Assembly: GCA_016906335.1 (NCBI GenBank)
Contig: JADEYG010000001.1
Span: forward strand, 434,001 to 498,000
Reading direction: 5' to 3'
Source of the DNA: Novakomyces olei
Lineage: Eukaryota
Length of the DNA: 64,000 nt
Below, in pieces: positions 25,607-38,097 of the stretch; position 1 is the first letter of the stretch, and every line of letters starts with the position of its first letter. The notes below the pieces were generated by a model. That model saw only the letters and a program-made list of their open reading frames with translations. It was not told the DNA's origin and ran no database searches. The position numbers and the translations under genes were made by a program.

Positions 25607-25857
25607 CTACCGCGCCTCGAACTGTACCATACGATCTAAATGTCAGTAAAAACTTGAGCACGAGTATCTTACTAGTCCTGCGCTTGTACATTACTCGATG
25701 TCCACATTCGCGACAGCGGATCACTTCTTTCGGCTGTATACTATTTACCGCTCCGCAATCTAGGATGTGAGTATACGCCATAGAGCATAAGATTGCCAAT
25801 ACCCGCACAAAGGTACGTCATTGCCTGCGGCACCAGCGAAGGCTGAGCCGAGTTCAT
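25607..25857 (-). CDS. RPB12: RNA polymerase I/II/III shared subunit RPABC4, 3 exons
   Basis: Spliced product ..[34 protein letters not shown]; introns 25760-25802 and 25636-25672. Confidence 0.95.
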
Positions 25858-26327
25858 TGTCGACAAAAGCTTTTTTTTTTGGCTGCTAATGTTTGATATT
25901 TAATTTATAATTTATCAACGAGCACTGCTAATAAATTGCTGATAGAAATCAGATAATATATGGATAATATTGTACATATTTCGTGTATATATTATAAATA
26001 AAAACATGCGGATGAAATTGCAGCTCGAACCTAATTGCACATTGGATTACATATTAATTGCTAAATAAAAACATTATATTGTCTACTCGCTCATAATATA
26101 GGGCATTCGTATAAATAATAGTACGGGTACTAATATTAGTATTGATACTGGTGTTAATATAATATTTTGTACTGATTAGTTTTATTTTATTTTACGCTGT
26201 ATATTTAAATATAAATAGCCAAGCGGCGCTAGGAGCAAAAGGTACAATGACACTATGGTAATTATTCTACTGTAAAGTTCGTTACGTTTATTTTTATCCA
26301 TCTTTTTCAAAGCCAAACACTTTTTAT

Positions 26328-29300
26328 CTATGACGTCTCAGCTTCAACACCATTCTCCGCTTCCGCCACACCAGTCTCAGTCTCTTGCGGCTCAGCCGTG
26401 CCTTGTTCAGTCACAGGATGAGCATTGTCTTTTTCATTCTCTTCAATGAGCAAATCGTTCGCCAGAGACTCTGGCACGTCCGTCAAGTTCCATTCTGTGA
26501 AAAGCTCAGGCTCCTCGTCAGGCGCTACCAACAAATCCGCCACTCTCTTACGATTATTCGCTACTAAATCTGCCTTCCACGACTTGAGGATCCGCGAAAA
26601 AGATTTAGGAGCAAAAGTGAGACTAAACAGCCCCGCTTCAGCAAACCGGTTGGTCTGCTCCAAAACCTTTAAACAACCGTCCACATCGTGCAGCAGCCAA
26701 GCGCTTATGAAGGCATTATTATAGACTCCCTGAGCGAGCGCTTCCTGCCGGCAAAGCTCGAGTCCCTCAACGTCGTTTGTGCTGGAGGCAAAAAGTAACA
26801 TGGATCCGAGGTCCTTGGCATTGTAGAAACATTCTCGAGCAAGTTCCAGGTTCCAGGCAGACATGGCAGCATCGCCCACCGTCTTCCATTTAGCTTCAAT
26901 CTCGGATTCACGTGCTAATTCAACAGCTAATTCAAGGTTGCCCAGAGCAAGAGCAAGTTCAAACCGATGCTCTGCGTCCGTTGTGACCTGCAACGCCAGT
27001 TCCGTGTAGCCCTGAGCCTGGAGAAATCGTGAAACAATGCCACGCTCTTCCTCGGGAATTTTTTGCAAAAGCTCTTGTGCTAAATCCATATCGCCACGAA
27101 GCACTACTGTCTGATACTCGATCAAAGCCAGACTGAGCCGGTAGGAAACGAATTTGTGGGCCTTATTGACCAAGTAAACTCTGCCGTCTCGCGGCAAATA
27201 GCCGACTACAAAGAGCGGCTGGTCGAAATTGGCCACTGTCTTTACCTGGCCACCTACTATATAATTCAAACGGTTGGATTGCGTAGTATACACAAAGCAA
27301 TCACCGATCCAAGTGCCGGAAATTACCGTGTCCTCCACGTCAGAAATGGCCTCGAACGCGTCCTCATAGCCCTCTTCGTCTGGACATTAGTTTGTTGATA
27401 ATTAAAAGTAATACATAAAATAAATATAAATACAAATATAAATCTATTTCCGAAATACTTCTGCTTCACTTACTTTCAACATCTTCATCAACTGCATCCG
27501 GATTGTACTTTAGAATATAGAACGAATCCGTGCAAACAACGGCACAGAGTGTCGATTCGGACCAGTAAACATTACGAGCGCCTGCAACTTCAATAATCCG
27601 CACTAGCCGTCCGGTGTCCCAAGTGTAGAAAGCCACAAACTCTCGGCCTTTTAGTCCAATCAGCTTTCCGCCCCACAATTGCTCGCTTTCAAAAGGCAAA
27701 TCGATGACCAACCCGCCTCCTGATCCTGAGCCTGCGTCCTTAAAGTTGCGGAGGACGCGTACACTAGTAGTCGTGTCACGAATAGCATACTCGGTGGAAG
27801 AATTGGCAGACCAACCAAAATCAAGAGCGGGTCCAAAAGCCATATTTCTCCAGGCCAAAGCAGTATAGATAATATACTCGCCATCTCCACACACAACGAC
27901 AAAACGGCCATTGGGCGAATGCTTCAAAAAATGAGGATAAATTTCAGAGGAAGCAACATCTTTGACGGGCAGTGTAAGTTGAGCTCCGTCCTGTAAATCT
28001 TCACCGCTATTACCAGCTGGTGCCTTTATTATAGCAGCCTGAATATCCATATGACGGGCCCATACAAGTTTGCCACTAGCGTCCATACTAACAGCAGGTT
28101 CTTCACTGCCGATTTTAAACACTGTAGAACCCTCGTCGAAACCAATTGCAATATTGTTGCTTCCCCGGAGATAGGCTACAGCCCAAGCACGTTCTAGACC
28201 ATAATTTATAGTCTCCTCAAGGCGGTAGGTGGTAGAGTGCCAAATCTTTACGAGTCCATCCTCTGCGCCACTAATAATTAGAGGCAGTTCTGGGTGGAAA
28301 ACGGAGAAGGAAACATTGTTCGAATGGCCCTCGAGCACCTGCACACAGGCTTTCGTTTGATAGTCCCATATTTTAATGAGCTTATCGTCACCAGTAGTCA
28401 CGAGGTAAGGCTTATCGTTGCCATGGTAATAGTCCACGTAATTCACGCCCTTTTCATGAGCATCGAGTGTGAAATTAGCTTGCGCGGAACCTAAATTCCA
28501 GACTTTAACCGTACGATCTAAACAGGCTGAAGCAAAAGTGTTGGGGTCTTTAGGGTTAATCGCCAGCGACATTACAAAGTGAGCATGACCCTCGTACGTT
28601 TGCACTAGCTTCCAGTTTTGCTCCCAATTCCAACACCGGACTGTCATATCATCCGAGCTCGTCAGGACAAACGGCTGCGTTGGGTGAACTGCCAGTGCCC
28701 GCACATAATCGGGGTGAGCTTCAAACGAAGTTACCCTTTCCCCAGTATTGTAATTGTACACGCGCAACTGGAAATCATCGGCTCCACAGACGAACCAGTT
28801 CCTGCGTGCAATAAACTTGCACGCACGGATAGGAACGTCCGTGAGCTCGAACGTCTTCACAAGCAGCTAAACCGTTAGTCTTGATTATTTTATTCCAAAG
28901 TATCTTCTTTGCATGGTGGAGGCTGCTTTAGACAGGGGACTTGAATTTGGTCTCTCAATTCTTATTTTGACGTATGCATTTTGGTTTTATTTTATCTTGA
29001 AAACATCTCGATTCTGATGCCAAATTTGATCTTTTTACCAACGGCTTTTTCTTATTTTATTCATTTATTTATTTTTTTGGTTATTGTTTGGCGTTGATGC
29101 GTTTGTTTGTTAACCGTGTCCCTTCTCTCTTCGTCCAATTCAATTCAAATTTTCACTTCATACCTGAGTCTCGTGGTTCCAAATGAACACTTGTCCATTA
29201 TAAAGACTGGAAATAATCCACGGTTCCGTTGGATGAAAATCGATGGCCTTTACGCGATCAGACCGCGCTAGCAATTTTCTCTACAATTGAGCAACGAATT

Positions 29301-29415
29301 CAGCGTCGCCAAAGAGACGCGTGTGCCGCAAGTGTCAGCCAAGTCCTTTCTTAAAATCAAATCAACAAGCAATTATTGCTGTTTGACTCGTCCATACCTT
29401 TATATCGAGCCGCAT
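26328..29415 (-). CDS. SEC27: Coatomer beta-prime subunit, 4 exons
   Basis: [29 protein letters not shown]40 repeats; [11 protein letters not shown]; introns about 29281-29397, 28867-29163 and one near 27380-27473. Confidence 0.96.
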
Positions 29416-30039
29416 GGTCCGTGTCGAATGCTGCCCGCCGTCTGACTCGTGGCTCTAGTGCTCTGTGGAAAACCCTGGTTTCTTTTCGTTGAGCATTGTT
29501 ATATGTAATCCTAGTGTAAGGTTACGCACAATCGATTGTGTTCATGTCTTGTCGTTATTATAGAGTTGGCCTGTTCATATTACTTTTATAGCCTTGTGAG
29601 TACATAAAAGAACCATAATTTATTATCGTAATAATAAGCCACTTGACAGTTTACATGAGTTTTGTTATTGGTTTATTGTTTATTGTTTTGTGTTTTTCAG
29701 ATATTAAATGGCATTTATCTGCAAAATGTTAAAGGCGCTGGCAGGATGCCAATTCCTAATTACAGCATATTCATTTTAATTGGCTTTGATCATATATCAT
29801 GTACAAATTTCATGTATGAAACGGCTATCTACATTCCATACCCATTTGTTAATGGCATATTGATCTAGAGGCAATAAATCACCATAAACTGGCCAAACAA
29901 TCTAAGCGTACGATTTGCATAAGATACTGGCGTATGCGTAACGTAAGAAGAGGGACGCTTGAATACAGCCACGAGATCTCGTTCATGACTATATTGTGAA
30001 TTATTTATTTTACAATATACTTATTGATCTAATACCACC

Positions 30040-31734
30040 CTAAACAACCCGAACGTGTACGGATTTCAGCTTGTAAAATTGCTCAAATCCGTGACGCGAT
30101 AAAGTAACACCTCGACCCGAATTCTTCCAGCCCGTCCAGGCCAGTGATGGATCTGGGTAATCGGCCCGATTTGCAAACACAGTCCCGGCTTCAACGCCGT
30201 CAATAAAAGCCTGTGCTTCAGAAGAAAGAGGATTTCGTGTCCAAATAGACGCAGTAAGGCCAAACTCTGAATCGTTTACAAGCTCGAGAGCCTCTGCATC
30301 ACTAGAGACTTTCTGTACTCCTGAAACAGGACCAAAAGTCTCCTCTCGCATTACCTCCATATCATGGCTTACTTTTGTAAGAAGTTGGGGGTACACGTAT
30401 CCCTCGGGAATAGCTTTACTCTCGTCACTAAAGCCGACAACTTTAAAGTCCGTTGACGATAAGAGGGCCTTTGCACCTTTTGCAATTGCCTCCTCCACTT
30501 GGCCACGGATCTTTTTAGCCGCAGCTAAACTAATGACCGGTCCAATCGTCGTTTCTGCATGCAGTGGTGGACCCAAGACGGCCTGCTGTTTTACCTGCGA
30601 CACTAACTTTTCTATAAATTGATCAAAAACCTTTTCGTGAACGTAGACACGCTCAATCGCACAACAAGACTGACCGGAATTAAAGATAATTCCATCTGCT
30701 ATTTGTTCTGCTGCGTAGTCTAAATCGGCATCTGCCATAACATACGCTGGATCTTTACCGCCCAGTTCGAGGCCGACGTTGATAAACTGCTTTGTAGTCT
30801 GAGCAGATTGAGCCACTGCTAATTGAATAGCGTTGCCACCTGGAACAGATCCAGTGAAGGCCACGTGTTTGATGCCTTTGTCTGAACACAAATGGCATAC
30901 AGTGGCAACATTACCGATATGTGCAGTCTGTAACACTCCAGCTGGAAGACCTGCCTGTTCCAACAGCCTTTGCAAAGCGTCCGCACTAAGTGGAGTTTGC
31001 GGTGAAGGTTTAAGAATGACCGAGTTGCCTGCCAGCAAGGCAGGGACAAGCGCGTTGATTGTAACGAGGTAAGGGTAGTTCCACGCTATGATAATGTTAG
31101 CATGATGAAGCGGTCTGGAAGAAAAGAACGAAATCATAAATAAAAATAAAATTAGGATTAAAATCATAATACAAATATAAATATAAATAAAGTACTGAGC
31201 AATTGCGATGATAAACATCTATAGCTAATGCAGCACATGATACAAAGGCCCAGGTGAACACCGACAATCACGGTATGAAGTATTATAGACAAGACTGTCT
31301 AATAAACCATAAATCTCCGTGTTAAGCATACCTCCAATTATCACAACTGGCCCTAACGGAACTTTGCGAACGGACCTTTGCAAGTTGCTTGGCCCTGTTT
31401 TGTAAGGATCAGCTTCCACGTTCTCGGGTGCAAGCACGTCTGTCGCGATATTTGCCAAGTAACGGCCACGTAAGGCAGCTGTGCGAACCTCAACAGGACA
31501 AAACCGTGCCGGCCGACCCATTTGTACACTGACATCACGACCCAACTGCTCTGCTTCGTTTTCCAAAGCCTGTAAGAATGTATTTATAACACCAATCCGT
31601 TCTTTAAGCGATTTTTCAGCCCAAAGACGGCCCTTTGCAGTGGAAGTATGCACTAAACCATCAATATCCTGCACCCGAATTTCGTCGCGCCGGGCGACTA
31701 CGCTTTGATCGACGGGAGAAAGCGTTTCAATCAT
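30040..31734 (-). CDS. Aldehyde dehydrogenase of the subfamily associated with bacterial glutamylation operons, 2 exons
   Basis: WNYPYL; KPSPQTP; FTGSV.GG; LELGGKDPAYV; FNSGQSCCAIER; EETFGP; NRADYPDPSLAWTGWKNSGRG; intron 31086-31331. Confidence 0.9.
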
Positions 31735-32083
31735 GAGCGTAAAAGATTGCCTCGTTCAAACAACGTTAATCGCTCTTTGCACAAGTTTACGATATATTAA
31801 CTGTGACACTATTTGTATGTACGCAATACATAATATAATGTATGGCGCGTGCGATTAATGCTCGGAGCTTTTCGATAACAATCTTGATCACGTGCAAACA
31901 CTAATATTGCTTGGATGTCAGGACAGTCTCCTTGGAGAAATACGATTGCCGCAGGAATATGCGATAGTCGATAAGTCGACACGAGCAGTGTCAAAACTCT
32001 AATACTCTATTATAATCTCAAAAGATTATAATTAATTATATTATTATCCTTTGATAGGGAAAACAGCCGCTCATCAGTTCGCA

Positions 32084-33278
32084 ATGGGACGTCTTCAGGA
32101 CAAAGTGGCCGTCATCACCGGCGCTGCAGGGTAAGCTGCGCCACAGTAATGACATCTGTTTTGTTTATTTGGGTTTTGTTTTGTGGCTTATTTGGGTTTT
32201 GTTTTTCTGTTTCATTTTGTTTTATTTTGTATTAATTTAATTTAATTTTGTTTTAATTTTGTTTTATTTCTGTATAATGTCTATGCCGAGTCGGGTTGTT
32301 TAGTGTTCGCGTCTGCCCACTTACTGTGCCGTATTTTCCGTGTGCCTTATCCCATCAGACCAAAGTTAACAAGCATGTAAAGCGGCATCGGCCTGGAAAC
32401 AGCAATCTTGTTTGCTCAGGAAGGAGCGCGTCTTGTACTGTCTGATGTAAACGCAACCGGATTGCAAAGCGCTTCGGCCCGAGTACTCGAGCTGTGCCCG
32501 AAAGCTTCTGTTTACTCCAAACTGTGTGACGTCAGTAAAGAATCCGAGGTTGCAGATCTGATTGCCTTTGCGGACGGAAAGTTTCCTTCCGGCGTGGATG
32601 TTATGTTCAATAATGCCGGAATTATGCATTCAGCGGATGACGACGCTCTTTCAACCGACGAAAAAGTTTGGGATCTAACCCAAGCGATTAATGTAAAGGG
32701 AGTCTGGTTTGGCTGCAAGTACGCTATAAAGAGCATGCTTGCTCACAAAAAGCAAAAGGCTTCTATCATTAATACTGCGTCTTTTGTCGCACTTTTGGGT
32801 GCTGCTACACCTCAGATTGCTTACACTGCCTCTAAGGGCGCAGTACTGGCTCTGACCCGCGAATTGGCCTGCGTTCATGCCCGTGACGGGATCAGGATTA
32901 ATGCCCTGTGCCCAGGGCCGCTCAATACTCCTCTGCTACAGAATTTTCTTGATACGGAGGAGAAACGGTACCGCAGACTGGTTCATGCCCCAACTGGCCG
33001 GTTCGGAGAGGCTATCGAGCAGGCTCATGCAGTCGTTTTTCTCGCCTCTGACGAGAGCAGTTTTGTCATCGGTCAAGATTTTATCGTTGATGGAGGTATG
33101 CTGAACCATATGAAGGGACTGCCTTGTGTCTTTTATTTAATATCATGTCAGCGATAGATATTTTTTAATTTATCTATTCTTTTTTTTCCGCATGCAGACA
33201 TACTAATTTACAGGCCTGAGCAGCGCGTACGTCACGCCCGAGGGGAAACCTTTGCCGGCTCCTCAAAACCAGGCGTGA
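32084..33278 (+). CDS. Short-chain dehydrogenase resembling the SDRs of actinobacterial glnA4-type clusters, 3 exons
   Basis: GRLQDKVAVITGAAG|GIG; MFNNAGI; NTASFVALLGAATPQIAYTASKGAVL; RRLVHAPTGRF; DGGLSSAYVTP; introns 32131-32382 and 33096-33213. Confidence 0.9.
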
Positions 33279-33522
33279 GAGACCGTACGAGTACCAAATG
33301 CACTACTAGAATATATAGATTGGTGTCAGTAATTTAGCTGTATAGATAGATTTGTTAAATGAGTGTCGTATGTGCACGTAGCCGTTTACAGCCTCTTGAA
33401 ATACAAGAAACTTTATAAATAAAAGAGCTGAAACGGCTCATTCGATGATTTATTTATTTATTTATATATTTATTTATTTATTAATTGATTAATTAATTAA
33501 TTAATTAATTAGTAATTATTGA

Positions 33523-35339
33523 TCAATCACGCCGGAACCACTTTGCATACGCCAGCAGGTAGTATAGCCGAAAACTCTTGAAAGCAAACTCGTCTTTACG
33601 CAAATCTTGAGGGTAATCTGCTCCCAAATCAACGGCAGCTGCCAATCCCGAAATTATGGCGGTCTCATGTGCATTGACTACGGTCCATGAACCGGCAAAA
33701 CGAGTATTACTTTTCCCCTGCAAAGTCCAGACCCACGGTACGACAAAGATGTAGTGAGAAATAGAGTGGCAGAGCTGGTGCCACCAGTCCTTGCGAATAA
33801 TTTTGTCAGGATCAATTTCATCGATGGACCACAAATGCGAATCGCGGTCTTTATTCAAAAAAATTGTTTGGAAGACATGACGATCAAATTCAATGTCTTT
33901 AGGAAACTGCGACTGGTAATTTGTTGTATCAAAGCACATTTCCAATTTGCTGCGATCTTCATCGTATTCTTTAATATAATACATTGGTTTAAAATTGTGC
34001 TGTGCAATTTCGCACCTGTGACTTTGATCGACTCCGTTTAGTGAAGTGACGGCTTGTGCTTCATTGTAATCATTTTCATAGTGTCGCCTCATATAGTTCG
34101 TATCGTTGTGCGTGACCGTAATATCGTCACTAAACTTTGCGTGCTTCAAAATGTTTTTCTCTTTCCAGCTAGCGTTCGGCTCGAGGATTTTGCAGGCTGC
34201 ATCGGCCAGCACACACAGAACAATTTCGTCGTACTCTTCTTGTACGTTGTTTGCTTCATAGTAATCGTCATTCACATTGCTATTGTTGCTGCTATTGCTC
34301 TGTGCAACCGACGACTGTTCCTTCCGTTGGCCTCTAGTCGACAAGGAAACCCTAACCCCCTTTCCATCACGTAAGACAGACGTGACCATAGTGTTTAATC
34401 TGACTTGAGCGCCCTGCGCTTCCAAATCACGTCGCCAAGCCGCGTAAAAAGCCCGTAGCTCCGGGAAGACAATCATTGGAGGGTAATTGCTGACAATACT
34501 CGCCTTGTCCCCCGGGTACCACATCCCGACTGTTGGCGAAGTTACCAGCCGTTCCAGAATAATCGCTGGCACTTGTGGAGTCGCGTTGCCTGTACCCAAA
34601 AACAGGGCCACCATGGGCAAGGCCACATCGTTTATAAACTCTGAGGAGAACATGAAAAGCTTGAGCAGTAATTGCAAGGGGTAAAGCAGCCAGAGCACTT
34701 CGGTCCAAGAGATGAATCTCAGCATTCTATGGAACCTTTTGGCTTCGGCTGCGTGACGAACGAGTAGTTTTGTAGGGTAAACGTTGGTCCAGAAGTGCTC
34801 GTCTTTTCCGAAACTGACCTGTAAATCTACAGGGCTCGCATCGAAGCCCTGCTTTTTGAACATTGCCATCGTATGGTGGAAGATATAACTCCCGCCTTGG
34901 ACCCCCTGGTTCAGCCAACCGGCCCCGTAACGCGACTCATCTATCGGTATGGAAAACGCCTGACCACCACAGTAATCGTTGCTTTCGACGAGCGTGACCT
35001 TGGGGTATTTTGTTAGCTAAAGATGCGAATAAAAAGATTATCATTTTTCCCCAATTCATTTCGATCAGCTCTGCACAATTTTTCAGCACAATTTTTTCAA
35101 TTCAAATTGATTTCCTTTTGGATTTATTTCAGCCGATCTTTATTTTTATTTAATTATTTAATATCATATCGCTCGAGATGGGCCGACTTGCCTGGAACTT
35201 TTCCGGGTGCTGTGAAAGATGGTACGCACAAGACATTCCCTAAAATATTAATCAAAGTGCAGTTTTTAAAACAATATTTTAAACTTACTGCGGCACCTGC
35301 GCCGACAACGAGGACGCGTTTAGGCCGTGGAGCTGCCAT
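33523..35339 (-). CDS. FAD-dependent oxidoreductase (amine-oxidase-like), 3 exons
   Basis: RVLVVGAGAA|GMSCAYHL..|VTLVE...CGG dinucleotide-binding fold; C-terminal FAGSW..HE.AIISGLAAA.DLG; introns 35240-35288 and 34999-35191 (GC-AG). Confidence 0.85.
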
Positions 35340-35608
35340 AATTGTCGAGTGTCTTTGGTTTGGTCGCCAATAAAGGTAATTCGGCGATCTACGAATTGAT
35401 GTGTATGACATAACGATATCATTCATATAGTAAGTAACGATAACAGAAAGGTCATACTTGTAACCCTAACACTAATTCAGAGATTATAAACTAACCCTAC
35501 CTAACCCTAACTCCAATTCACCAATATTAGAAAGCAACCCGTGTTTGTGGAGCATGCACAGACTTTTGTAGAAAGCTTAGTGTGCCGAACCGTCAATGAG
35601 CTTTGTCA

Positions 35609-36217
35609 ATGAGCTTTGTGGAGAGACGATACTTGCGACTGTCGCGTAATGTCGCGATTGAGCTACGATTGTTTGTAGAGAATGGCGACAGTGAGTGGCT
35701 GAGTTACATTTTGCCGGTAAGATTCGCGTTGTTTGCAGTGACTAATTGCCATGAAGTCTCTCGTGGAACAGGTACGGCCGACAATAATGACAAAACTGCA
35801 TCAGGAGCGAGACCTTTCACGACAGAGACTTTTCAGTCGAAAAGAGACAATGATGGGTGACGGGTATAGTGCGGATATATATCTTGTGCCCACAACAACT
35901 CGGCACTCGTTGCTTGTAAAGGTTGGATTCTTTATTCATTTATGTTTGTGCCCTTTCATTTAAAAAAACAGTAGCCATTTCTTTTGTGCGTTCAGCAGGT
36001 TCGTGATCTATGATACTGACTTGTAAAGAACGCTGAACTCGAAGAGCCTGTGGATGGAGACGTATTCGATACGAAGCCAGTCCTGCGCGTGAATTACAAG
36101 GGACTACGTAATCATGATCATTCGATATGTCTCGTGATTCACAAAGATCAAGGATCATCTACGATAAAGACGGAGCAGCCTCCAATTAGCGCCTGGATCG
36201 AAAGTACTCAGCAATAG
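35609..36217 (+). CDS. Small hypothetical protein, probably 3 exons
   Basis: RYLRLSRNVAIELRLF, intron 35717-35756, RHSLLVK, second intron from 35922 (acceptor uncertain), then KPVLRVNYKG..ICLVI..AWIESTQQ*. Confidence 0.6.
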
Positions 36218-36388
36218 CAAAACTGGCACAAATAGCCGCCGTTTGGGGTCTTTATTGGCCAGGAATACCATATTATGGCATTATATCGACGGTTACGAGA
36301 ACAACAGATCGTGTAATTGGCACATAAAAAAAAAGTCAACAAATGATCAAAGGTTAAGCAGTTAATTCTGCTACAAAGATGATAGTGG

Positions 36389-37172
36389 CTACAAATACCG
36401 CGTTTCATCAAACTCCTCAATATCAAGCTTTAGCGACCGAGACTCCTTATAGCTTGGTGTTGGTGCTGTAGGATTCTGTTGCAGGTAGAACCGTCGAAGC
36501 AGCACAATTGCTTCCTTGCGGAAAAACCCTGGGTATGCCGGGTATCCCTGGTCAATGCTATTATGGTCACTATTGATTTTGAAAACGCTACCGCAACCGC
36601 CAAATCGATCGTTTCCACAGCCGAAAAAGACAGATCGTATATGAAGTTGTCTTAATGCGGCTGCACACATGAGGCAAGGTTCAACAGAGACATAAAGATC
36701 AGTTTCCTTGAACACCTCTGGGCTGTACGTCTTTAATATTTCTTCGATTGCTACAATTTCTGCGTGGCGAATTCCCTGTTATTAGCTACATTCGGCTATA
36801 GGCAAGAAAATTTGCGCTAAACAAAAAGGAAAGAATTAAAGAATTAAATAAACATGTCGCACAATTGAACTAAACTAAATTAAATTGAACTAAATTAAAT
36901 TAAATTAAATTAAATTAGATTAAATTAATAAAGAACTAAACTCGAGAATTGCATAGTTATGGCCTTACACACAACGAGCGATTAGTATCGTTTTTCCCAG
37001 TTCCAATTACTGTGCCATTATTTACAAAGACGCAGCCAACAGGCACTTCGTTCGCGTCTAATGCGTCTTCCGCCTAGCGAGTTAATTCAAGTAATACGAT
37101 GCCAGCATTACCAAAGCAACCGCTTTTCCCATATGGTGCCAGTGATCTTGATTTTCTCGTACAGCCAAGAGT
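36389..37172 (-). CDS. TAD2: tRNA adenosine-34 deaminase catalytic subunit (3 exons; appears to be the C-terminal half of a fusion gene)
   Basis: EVPVGCVFV; RHAE; VEPCLMCAAAL; GCGNDRFGGCGSV; LLRRFY..NP.AP; introns 37074-37111 and 36776-36968. Confidence 0.93.
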
Positions 37173-37204
37173 CTTTTGATCAGATTTCGTATAGTACTGC
37201 GCAC

Positions 37205-37866
37205 TTACGATTCTGACTGTCCACCCCCCGTGTTCTCCTTGTCCTTATTGCCAGAGACCTTTCCGAGTATGTGTGCTACCACCAATCCTGCAGCCGCGTC
37301 CACCTGCTCACTGTCTTCGTTGGGGAGAACGAGGTCGGCCGATTTTCTTGTAGTCTCGGCAATCTCATCGCCGGGCTTACTTTGCTCCAAATATTTGGTA
37401 ATACTTGATCGGACGAGAGAAAAGTCTGTCCCATCGCCACAGTCACGCAGCAGTATCCGTGCTAGCCTTATATCCGCATCTGCAGCAATAAACAAGGCAA
37501 AATCGTAATGCTTTAGCAGATTAGGAGCCAAAGCCAGATTGCCCACTATTAAAACAACACGGGGCTCACTGCACCCAGCAAGGGCCTCGAGCGACCGTTC
37601 GAGCAGCGTAAAGTCTTTATAATTAGAGGCAAAAGACCAAAATAAATGTGAGTAAAATGAGCTGGCAGTACGGTACCCGTAGACTCCAAGTCTTTGCCTG
37701 GACTGACGAATTCGCAGAGCTCGAGTGTCGCTATTGCACCGGGACCAAGTGTCTCGATTTCTCTCACTATTTTGTTGGCGACGCGCGTCTATTAAAGTTA
37801 ACATGGAAATTTTTAAACGACTACTTTTCCCGCCGCAGTGGCGCCGCCAATGCCGACAATCAGCAT
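37205..37866 (-). CDS. Uridine-kinase-like P-loop protein (Das2-like), 3 exons
   Basis: MLIVGIGGATAAGK|T Walker A; DFTLL; ALFIAADADIRLARILLRD; ADLVLPN; introns 37789-37824 and 37615-37676. Confidence 0.8.
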
Positions 37867-38097
37867 CTCAGCTCATGCCAGGTTTTTGTGTAGGCGGCAA
37901 GTATTGCGAATATTATCATTTTAATGGATTTAGCATGACTCTAGTTGAATATTTTAATTTTAATATTATTCAATTTTAATTTATCCAATTTTAATGATAT
38001 AATAGCATAATAATGAATATCAATAAAATAGCATTATAATCTGGGGTCTGAGCATAAATAAGCTTTAACCTGATGCTTGTGGATTACGACGGGTGCA

